DNA from: an uncultured Clostridia bacterium | GTDB taxonomy: Bacteria > Bacillota > Clostridia > TANB77 > CAG-508 | Length of the DNA: 64,000 nt | NCBI GenBank assembly: GCA_948857205.1 | Contig: CAQPRV010000041.1 | Coordinates: forward strand, 9,313-73,312 | Reading direction: 5' to 3' | Shown here: positions 40,465 through 50,200 of the stretch, piece after piece | Layout: each line of letters starts with the position of its first letter | How positions within the stretch are numbered: the stretch's first letter is position 1 | Made by a program: the position numbers and the translations under genes | The notes under the pieces: generated by a model | Databases searched by the model: none | Told to the model about the DNA's origin: nothing | What the model saw: the letters and a program-made list of their open reading frames with translations, nothing else

Positions 40465-40543
40465 GTTTTTTAGTTAACACTTTTTAGTTATGCAAAAATA
40501 AAAAATAATTATATTTTTTGTGTATAAAAAAAGTAGTAAGGAA

Positions 40544-40571
40544 TTGCCAAAATTCTCCGTCCCTAATGGCA
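40544..40571. repeat. palindromic unit type 2 inverted (TTGCCAAAATTCTCCGTCCCTAATGGCA), right end of second MITE-like element
   Basis: ~40 nt upstream of patatin-2 GTG; 79-bp spacer to left unit. Confidence 0.6.
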
Positions 40572-40612
40572 CGATTTCTGTTTTTTTTCATATTTTATTA
40601 TGGGTGATTTAT

Positions 40613-41470
40613 GTGAAAAAGGGATTGTGCCTAGCAGGTGGAGGAGTAAAGGGAGCTGCTCATATAGGAGCTATTAAAGCTTTGGAGGAGGAAAATATTA
40701 AGTTTGATTATATTGGTGGAACGTCTTCTGGTAGTATTGTTTCTTGTTTATATGCAGTTGGATATAGTGCAGATGAGATGTATGATATTTTTAAAAAGTA
40801 TTGCAAAAAGATTAAATATGTTGATTTTATGCAGATAGTACGACTTATTGTAGGTCTTATTTTTACTGGTAAAATTAGAATTGAAGGATTAAATTCTGGT
40901 AAGCAAATTGAAAAGTTGATTGATAAGGTGTGTAGAGATAAGAAAATTTTTAATATATCTGATATTAAAATGCCTTTAGTTATACCAAGCGTTGATTTAT
41001 GTAATGGTAATGTTATTTGTTTTACTTCTTGTAAAAATAGAAATGATATTTCTGATGATATTAAATTTGAAAATGATATTAGTATAGGTAGGGCAGTAAG
41101 AGGAAGTTGTAGCTATCCTGTTGTTTTTTGCCCTTGTAAGTTTAATGATACAAAGTTAATTGATGGAGGAGTAAGGGAGAATGTTCCTTGGAAAGAGTTA
41201 AAGATGTTGGGTGCTGATTTTGTACTAAATATTATTTTTGATGATGAGAAAAATTTAGATTGTAGTAAAAATTTGGTTGAAATTGCTAGTCGTTCTTTGA
41301 ATTTAATTGGTAGAGAGTTGTCTAATTATGAACTTAATGGTTCAGATTATAATGTTAAGATTAAGAGTGATAAGGTGGGACTTTTGGATATGAATAGAAT
41401 AGATGAACTTTTTGAATTAGGCTATAACCAGATGAAACAGGAGATTAGTATTATTAAAAGTTTTTTGTGA
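40613..41470 (+). CDS. patatin-like phospholipase, copy 2 (paralog of 37104-37962)
   Basis: Same motifs (GLCLAGGGVKGAAHIG, GTSSGS, DGGVREN); ~90% aa identity to copy 1 by eye; GTG start. Confidence 0.85.
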   Translation: MKKGLCLAGGGVKGAAHIGAIKALEEENIKFDYIGGTSSGSIVSCLYAVGYSADEMYDIFKKYCKKIKYVDFMQIVRLIVGLIFTGKIRIEGLNSGKQIEKLIDKVCRDKKIFNISDIKMPLVIPSVDLCNGNVICFTSCKNRNDISDDIKFENDISIGRAVRGSCSYPVVFCPCKFNDTKLIDGGVRENVPWKELKMLGADFVLNIIFDDEKNLDCSKNLVEIASRSLNLIGRELSNYELNGSDYNVKIKSDKVGLLDMNRIDELFELGYNQMKQEISIIKSFL

Positions 41471-41600
41471 GTTCATTTCTAAATTGTCCACGCACATTAG
41501 ATCCAATTACTAATATGTTTTCTTTATCATCAATTGCTATGAAATGACGATTATCAGCTGATATTTTTTGTATTGTACCACCAATTCTATTTACGTATTT
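41462..41600 (-). pseudogene. remnant of an RCC1-repeat blade (no start codon)
   Basis: Minus-strand translation KYVNRIGGTIQKISADNRHFIAIDDKENILVIGSNVRGQFRNELTKNF* resembles the last blade of the adjacent gene (…QKISVGRHYFIAIDEEEKVWVCGLNTKNGMLGND…). Confidence 0.4.
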
Positions 41601-41631
41601 AGAAAAATTATATATTTGAGTGTAATATAAA

Positions 41632-41656
41632 ACAGAGGTCTCAGAAAAGCCTCTGT
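41632..41656. terminator. bidirectional hairpin (ACAGAGG-tctcagaaaag-CCTCTGT) between patatin-2 and FGE/RCC1-2
   Basis: 7-bp GC-containing stem, flanked by A/T runs. Confidence 0.5.
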
Positions 41657-41672
41657 TCTAAATATTTTATTG

Positions 41673-43712
41673 TCAATTAATATTTATCTTAATTGGTGTT
41701 GTCACTTCTTTGGTAGAGTCATTTCCTAACATTCCATTTTTTGTATTAAGACCACATACCCATACTTTTTCTTCTTCATCGATTGCTATAAAATAATGTC
41801 TTCCAACTGAAATTTTTTGTATTTTTTTTCCAATTGGAATTGAGATTGGTTTTATTGCTACTGGTGTTACGTTCTTATCAGTTCCTAATTGAGAGTATTT
41901 ATTTTCTCCCCATCCCCATAAAAATCCATTTGTATCTATTGCCATAGCAGTATATCCATGGGCAGAGATATCTTTAAATTTTTTATCTGGTGCAATTTGT
42001 TTTAGTTCAGTAACATTTTCAGATGTAGTATCGCCAATTCCTAATCTGCCTTTGTAATTAGAACCACAACCCCAAAGGTAACCATTCGTATCAATTGCAA
42101 AACTATTTTGTTGTCCTGCTGCAATTTTTTTAAATTTATTTGTTGTTTTTGTTACTTTTGTTGGAGTTTTCACTGAAGAAGTATTACCAGTACATAATTT
42201 ATTGTGAAAACCACTTCCCCAAGTGTAAAGATTATCATCTTTATCTAAAGCCATATTATAAAAATTACTGGCCGAGATTTCTTTAAATATAATATTAGAC
42301 GTGATTTTTGTTGGAGTTTTCACTGAAGAAGTATTACCAGTACCTAATCTGTAGTCAGCGCCAGAGCCCCATGCCCATAGATTACCATCTAAATCAATTG
42401 CTAAACAATGACTTTGCCCAGCTGATACTTTCTGGAATTTTACGTCAGTATTATTTAATTTAACAGTAATTTTTTGAAGAGAGGTTACTTTTGTAGTATT
42501 GCCAGTACCCAATTGACCAGAACCATTGCTTCCCCATGTATATAAAAACCCATCTACATCAATACCAACTGAAAAGCCACCATTAGAATCAGTACTTTTT
42601 GCGAGACCTCTTGAAAGTGAAATTTCTTTAAATTTTATCCTTGCATTTATATGTTTAGGCATTTTTTGAAGTGTAGTAGTACCATCTCCAAGTTCGCCAT
42701 TAGAATTTTTTCCCCACATCCATAGAGTTTTATTTTTATCAAGATAAGCAGTATGATTTGATCCACCAGCTACTACTAATGTTGTTTCAGGTATAGGATC
42801 AATATAATTAACATCTCTATATAATAAAACCCTAAAACCAGTATAAGAAAAAGTACTATTTGGTTTAGCATGATCTCTAGTACCAGCAGGTAAAACAGAA
42901 CCATTACTCAAAGCATCGCCACCTCTAACAACTGCATCATTACCATAGTTTTCAGTGGTCCACTCCCAAACATTACCAGCAATATCATAAATATTATTAG
43001 CTTTCTTTTCATCTTTACCAGCAATATGAATACTTCCATCAGAAGAATTTCTATAATTTCCCCAAGAGCTACTATCAGAATCAACATTATAATTTTTAGT
43101 TTTTAACCAAGTAAGCATAGTATCATAAGCATACGAACTTGCAAGAGAACTAATTACTTCTTTATTACTTTGATACATTTTTGTTGCACTAGCTTTGGCA
43201 TTATCCCTACTAATATTTGTCCATACAGTAGCATTTTTTTTACAAACAGGAACTCCAGCATTATTACCACTAGTAGAACCAACACCAGCTTCATACCTAC
43301 CAACATAAAATCCACCATATGTAGTTACACTAACATTAAAAGAAGGTTCTAATGGATCTTCTTGTGTAGAATTTGGATTAATAATAGAAAAGCTTTTAGA
43401 AAAGTTGCTTCTTTTTAGTTTAATATTATTACCATCTACAGGAACCCAAACAAATTCATTACCAGTAGCAGTTTCTTTAATAACAAATCCAGTATTCCAA
43501 GAGCCTTCAGTATGCATAAATCCTATAGGGGTATATGGATTATCATAAGAATACCCATTAGTTGCTTTTGCAATTTCTACAGTATTATTATTTTGTAGAG
43601 TTTGTGTACTAACAATTGTAAATATAATTGAACTTAATAATAAAATAGAAATAATAAGAATACTTACAATTATATATTTTAGTTTTCTTTTGTTTTTGAA
43701 AAAATTTAGCAT
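41673..43712 (-). CDS. signal-anchored FGE-sulfatase-domain + RCC1-repeat protein, copy 2
   Basis: Start at MLNFFKNKRKLKYIIVSI… (ATG 43710-43712, RBS AAAGGAGAA). Same FGE motifs (GNVWEWTTENYGNDAVVRGGDALSNGS…GFRVLLYRD). The RCC1 repeats are more diverged from copy 1 than the FGE part. Confidence 0.8.
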   Translation of the reverse strand: MLNFFKNKRKLKYIIVSILIISILLLSSIIFTIVSTQTLQNNNTVEIAKATNGYSYDNPYTPIGFMHTEGSWNTGFVIKETATGNEFVWVPVDGNNIKLKRSNFSKSFSIINPNSTQEDPLEPSFNVSVTTYGGFYVGRYEAGVGSTSGNNAGVPVCKKNATVWTNISRDNAKASATKMYQSNKEVISSLASSYAYDTMLTWLKTKNYNVDSDSSSWGNYRNSSDGSIHIAGKDEKKANNIYDIAGNVWEWTTENYGNDAVVRGGDALSNGSVLPAGTRDHAKPNSTFSYTGFRVLLYRDVNYIDPIPETTLVVAGGSNHTAYLDKNKTLWMWGKNSNGELGDGTTTLQKMPKHINARIKFKEISLSRGLAKSTDSNGGFSVGIDVDGFLYTWGSNGSGQLGTGNTTKVTSLQKITVKLNNTDVKFQKVSAGQSHCLAIDLDGNLWAWGSGADYRLGTGNTSSVKTPTKITSNIIFKEISASNFYNMALDKDDNLYTWGSGFHNKLCTGNTSSVKTPTKVTKTTNKFKKIAAGQQNSFAIDTNGYLWGCGSNYKGRLGIGDTTSENVTELKQIAPDKKFKDISAHGYTAMAIDTNGFLWGWGENKYSQLGTDKNVTPVAIKPISIPIGKKIQKISVGRHYFIAIDEEEKVWVCGLNTKNGMLGNDSTKEVTTPIKININ

Positions 43713-43851
43713 AAGTTTCTCCTTTAAATATATTAATATTATGTACAAAAATTGTATAAAAAAGTCATCTTTAAAAATATAACAACAGAATAACATAATT
43801 TCCCAAAAAATACAAGAGTTTATCATTTAAATTGTGTTAAAAAAACTTGTG

Positions 43852-43878
43852 GTCAGTGGGGACGGAGAAATTTGGCAA
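43852..43878. repeat. palindromic unit type 2 (GTCAGTGGGGACGGAGAAATTTGGCAA)
   Basis: ~140 nt upstream of FGE/RCC1-2 start on minus strand; paired with a type-1 unit 114 bp away (hybrid element). Confidence 0.55.
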
Positions 43879-43992
43879 TTATTAATCAGAATATGAAGTT
43901 ATTAGATATTAGTATTAATAAGAATAGATAAAGTTGTTAATACCATTTCAATATAAAAAAGTAATGTAAAAAAGTAAAAAATCAACAAGAAT

Positions 43993-44023
43993 CATGATTT
44001 TTTCCTCCGTCCCCAAAATCATG
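43993..44023. repeat. palindromic unit type 1 (CATGATTTT-TTCCTCCGTCCCC-AAAATCATG), perfect 9-bp stems
   Basis: Identical loop to 16251 copy; ~245 nt upstream of giant adhesin start. Confidence 0.6.
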
Positions 44024-44267
44024 TTGTCCCTAACAGTTGATATACAATATTAATGAAATATTACAGAAATATTATATAAACTTAAAATAATTGAAATATG
44101 AAAAAGAGACAAAATTCCGTAAAGGATTTTATCTCTTTTTGTCGTTAATTGTTTAAATTGGAAATTTAATATATTGTAAACATTTGTAGAACATTGTAAG
44201 ATTTATTTAGAATTTTTAGTAAGTAAAATATATATTTAAATTTAAAAGTCTAGAAGGAGAAATAACG

Positions 44268-47200
44268 ATGAAGAAAAAAGCATTTCTAATTTTTACAATA
44301 GTATTATTGGTTACGTTCTTATTAATCAGTACAACATACAGTGATACAACAACAAGAGGAATTATAAGAATTAAAGAAGATGGAACTGAACAAGTAATTG
44401 AAGATAGTTCTATTAAAGTGCACCAAACTATAAAAAGGGTTTCAGATAAAAAGATTACATTTAAGATGGAAGTTGAGAATTTACAATATAAGTCAACAGA
44501 AGTTGCTATAATGTTAGATAACTCTTTTTCTATGTGGAGTGAAAGTAAAATAACTACATATAAAGCAAAACTAGTAGATTTAGTAAATGCAATTTATGCT
44601 AAAGTACCTGATGCATATATGTCTGTATCTAGCTATAGTGGTAACATTAAAGCAATGACAAACAATAAACAGGAAGTTATTAATGCAATAAATAGTGTTA
44701 CTAGTTATACTGGTATTAATAGTGCTACAGGTCTAACAGATGCAAAGAGTTCTTTTACAGGAAAAGCAGGAAATGAATATATATTAGCTTTTACAGATAC
44801 AGAAGAACATACAGATGCAAAAAATGTTGTTGAAGAAACACAAAATGATACAAGTAGACATATGGTAGTAGTTATTATGGGAGAAGGTTCAACAAAACAA
44901 ACAGAATATAGTCAAGTAAAAAATACAAAAGTATATAAAATTGATAATATGTCAACATATAACTTCTCTACATTAAATACGAGTGTATCAAATTCTATAT
45001 CTTCAGCAGTAACAAAAGAATTAAACAATATTACAATAAATGGAGTTTTTGCAAATCAATTACAAGAAATTTTTACAACTGAAATTAAAACACAACCTTC
45101 TAAAGGACAATTGATTCTTTCAGCTAATGATTACAATTTAACAATACCTCAAATGACAACTACAAAAGTAAGTTTTGAGTTATCAATGACTTTAAAAGAT
45201 GAAATAGAAAGAGACTACATGGGAAGTGTTATAAATTTATTAAGTTCAACTTCTATTAAATATGATAATAATAGACAAGAAGCAAAAACATTAAATAACA
45301 CAACTACAACACCAGTAATAGATATAGTAGAATGTTATACATTAGAAATTACTGCAATAAATAAGGAATTTCAGGAGATAAAGGTAAACGAAGTAGAATG
45401 TAACATTATACAAAAAGATGCATCTGGAAATGTAGTTGCTACATATGAAAATAAGAAAACAAATAGCAAAGGACAAATAGTATTAGAAGATTTATCATAT
45501 ACTGGTGAAAGTACAATTGAAATAGTATTTTTATCAACTTCAGGTCCATATGAAAGTAAAGAACCTGAAACTATTAAGATAAATAAAGATCCAATAACAG
45601 GAGCGATTACTGTAATAGATTCTACATTATTAGTGCCAGAGGGAGAAGATGTTCAAGTAAGCAATGTAGAAAAGATAATATCAGCAAAAGTAGCAATATC
45701 ACCAAAGGCGATAGTATTTAACGTACATAAAATTGACGAAGAAACAGGATTACCATTACAAGGAGCAAAATTTGAATTAAAACAACCACATACTAGTGAT
45801 ATTCCAGCAGATTCAATAATTTCTGGAACAACAAATGAACAAGGAAATGTTAGTTTATCAGGAGAAGTAGCAGGAGTTACACAATCAACAGTAGATGCAA
45901 GTGGAACAAGTCATCCATATTATTATACATATGTACTTAATGAAGTAGAGATGCCAACAGGTTATGTAGATGAACATACTAGAACTGTTGTAATGATACA
46001 TTTTTCACCAGAAGGAGAAATAACAGGCTCATACATTTCTACAAACAGTGCAAATGCAAAATTAAGTGTAGATAATGATGTACTAAATTTAGAAATATCA
46101 AATAAAAAGAAATATTATACATTAAATATTAATGCAATAGATAAAGAATATAACAAAATACCAGTAGTTGGAGCAGAATTTACTGTAACAGGAGTAAATG
46201 AAAGTGGAGTACAAGTTTGTAACAAAAAAGGAACAACAAATAAAGATGGAGAGTTACAAATAGAAATAAACTGTGAAGGAAAAGTTACATATACAATATC
46301 ACAAACTAAAGAACATGCAGCATATGAAAATGCAAGTGATATACAATATGTATTAACAAGAGACTTTGCAACAAATGAAATAACACTACACAACGAAGTA
46401 GAAAATATTTCAGTAGATACAGAAGGAAGAATTGTAACAGCAACAATACCATTAATGCCAAAGAAATTTGAACTTAAAGTAAATAAAAAAGACCTAGATG
46501 AAAATATACCAGTAGAAGGTGTAGAACTAGAATTTGTACAACCAGGAATAAGAGATAATTATACATTAACAAGTGGTGAAAATGGAATTTTAAGCTATAC
46601 TGGAAATGTTGTATGTAATGTTGATGGAGGAAAATCTACATACTATTTAGATGAAACACAAAAAGCAGTAGGTTATAAAGAAATAAAAGGTAATATGGCA
46701 ATTAATATTACTTTTGATGAACATGGAAATATAACAGAGGTAGAAGAAAATTCAGTTCATATAGAAAATGTAATAAAAGAAAGTAAAAAAGTTGAATTAG
46801 ACTTATTAAATGAACAACAAGAATATACAGTAGAACTATATGCAAAACATAAAAATTATAAAGAGATTCCAATAAAAGGCGTAGACTTTGCATTAAATGG
46901 TACTACAGTAGAAGGAGGAGTACATTTTTATCAACAAGACTCTTTAGTAACTGATGTATCTGGTAAGGCAACATCAGACATTATAAAGAGATCAGGAGAC
47001 TTATATTACACTATTACAACAAATAGTGTTCCATTAGGATACAAAAAAGCTGAAGATAAAACAATAAAGGTAAATAAAAACTTAAAAACAGAAAACTTAA
47101 CATTATTAGAGAATAAAAATGAAGATGTAAATGTAACAATAGACAATATAAATAAAATTGTAAAAGTTACAGTATATTTTGAACCTGACACATTTACATT

Positions 47201-50200
47201 ACAAATAAACAAAAAAGATATAGGACTTTCAGATATATTAATAGGAAATGCACAATTTAAAGTCGAACAACCAAAAATCAAATATATTAATAGCTCAAAT
47301 ACAGAAGCTACAAAGAGTAGAGATAGTGTTTCTGGGGTTACTCAAGATAATGAAGTTCTAGAATTGCAATTAGAAAGACCTGTTATGGCAGGATTTAATG
47401 ATAGAACATTTACATACACTTTAAAAGAAATAGCAGTACCAAGTGGTTATATAAATACAAAATTTGAGTTAAACTTTGATTTAACATTTAATGATGAAGG
47501 ACAATTACAAAGTATAACTAATACAAATGAGACATCACAACCTGCTACGAAAGGTGAGATAACAGAAAGCAAGGATGACTTAACTAATGAAGAAGCAAGC
47601 TATTTTAAAGGTGGTAATGTACAAGATGGTAAATTAGTACTAACAATAGGAAATGAGCAAAAAGGAGCAACATTAAAAGTACATGCATTAGATGGAAAAT
47701 ATGGAAGAAGATATAATGTAAATGTAAAACAAGGTGTAACAATACAAGTAGTTGCAAGAGACTCAAATGGAAACGAATTCTATAGAAAGAATTTAGTAAC
47801 AGATGAAAACGGTATGATAGAACTTGTAGGAATATCACAAGCAGGAGATTTCTCAATCGAACTAACAGCAGTAAAAGCAAAAGCAGGATATTTACCAGGA
47901 AGTACTAAAACAGTAAATTTACATAGGGATATATTAAGTACAGAGATTACATTAAGAGAAAGTGATTCAGATACAAATATAAATAATACTGCTAAAGTAA
48001 TAGAAACAAAAATGTTTATTGATGTACAAACATATGACATTGAAATTACAAAATTTGAAAAACTATATGGAGATACACTTATAGAAAATGCCAAATTTAC
48101 AATAATACAACCAGATATAGGAGCATTTAATAGAGATAAAAAACAAGGAACAACAGTAAAAGGTGAAAAATTAGTACTTTCTCCAGAAGTAGCAGGAGAA
48201 GGAACATATGAATATAGAATAGTTGAAAGTGCACAAAATGGATATATTAACCAAGATATTAATACAACATTAAAAGTAACTTTTGATAAAGATGGAAACA
48301 TACAAAATGTAGAAAAAGGAACAGATGACAAAACTGTTAATAATGAGTCAGTTGTAACATTAGGTGAGCATACAAATAATAAAATACCATTAACAATAAT
48401 GAATGAACAAATGCCATACAAAATAAAAATATTAGCAGTAGATGCCAAATATTCTAGAACATCTCCAACATATCACATGGTTCCAGTAAAAGACTTAAAA
48501 GTAAGAATAACAGGAACAACAACAGAAGGACAAATTTATAATGCAGAAAAAACAACAACAGAAGAAGGAATAATAGAAAGTGATGACTTATTAAAAAGAG
48601 GAGATGTTGACTATACAATAGAGCAAATAGGAATTCCAGCAGGATATCATAAAGGAGAAAATACATATTTAAAAATTAATAAAGATTGGGATACAACAGA
48701 AATTTCATTAAGAGAAAATGTAGCACATGTATCAATTGATAATAATAATAAAGTAATAAATGTAACATTATGGCTACAACCAAAGACATTTGAAATTGAT
48801 TTTAGTAAAGTTGATAAAATAGAAAATGATATAAAAGTTGGAAAGGCAAAATTCTTATTTAAACAACCAGCTTTTGAAATAGGAGGAGCAAGAAATTCTT
48901 CTGAAAAAATATCATCAAAAGATAAAAATTTAGTATTTACAGGAGAAGTAGCAGGAGAAGGAACTTATACATATACATTAGAAGAAACAGAAACTCCAAA
49001 AGGTTATATAAAACTAGCTCCAAAAACAAATTTATTAATAACATTTGATTCAGAAGGAGTTATTACAAATGTAACTAAAGAAGAAGAAAATGAATTTGTA
49101 AAAATAGGTAATGTAGTAGATAATGTAATACCTGTACAAATCTCAAATGAAAAGAAAGTACATTCATTAAAAATAGTAGCAATGAATGAAGAATATAATA
49201 GTGCAAAAGCAGAAGGTGTACATGTAAAACTAGTTAGAAAAGATGGTCAACCTTTAGGAACAGATGAAGAAGAAAATCCAATAATGGAAAGAAAAGGAAT
49301 AACTGATGCTAATGGAATTGTTATATTTAAAGACCTAGAAGGTAGTGGAGATATTGCATATGAAATAATACAAGAAGAACCAAGACCTGCGGCATTCTAT
49401 TTAGGAGAAAGCAAAACAGTACAAGTAAATATAAATGAATCAACAAATGATATTGTAAATAGAACAATAGATGAAGTAACTAAAGTAGATAATAGTATAC
49501 GTCAAATAAGCACAAATATTTACTTAACACCAAAGAAATTTACAATTACATTAAATAAAATTGACTATGATAATAAAAACTTAATTGGTACAGCATTTAT
49601 TAATTATAAAGAAGCTAAATGGTTAAGACATTTATCAGGTAGAACTGTAGATAATGAAAAATATGTTGTTACAGGATATGTACCAGGAGAAGGAACATAT
49701 AACTATACATTAGAAGAAGGTTATTGGAAACAAGATGTACCAGGTGGACATGGAATTCCAAAAGGATATAAAAATTACTTAAATACTCATAAATTAGATA
49801 TTACATTTGATGAAAATGGAGATATACAAGAATCAAATTTACAAGAATCTACATGGTTTAAAGTATTTTGGGATGATGCTAGAAAACTAAATTATATAAA
49901 GACATATGATGACTTAAAATATCATACAATGGATTTACTAAAGACTACAACTGAAGATATTGAACTAAAATTAACAAATGTTAAAAAACAATTTAGATTT
50001 AATATGGACGTAATTAATAGTAAATACAAAAATGAAAAGGTAGAAAGAGTTCAATTTAGAATAAAAGCATATAATGAAGCGGGAAATGAGATATATAATC
50101 AAATAAATGAAACAGATGAAAATGGACAGATATCAATAGGAGATGAAGATTTCTATAGAGTTACTGGAAAAATAACATTTACAATAGAATGTTTAAATGC

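Noticed and set aside
35906-44023. Possibility that the GGGACGGAG palindromes are integron attC sites or CRISPR repeats
   Set aside because: There is no regular repeat-spacer periodicity. The ends do not match the attC R''/R' core (GTTRRRY), and no integrase or cas gene is nearby.
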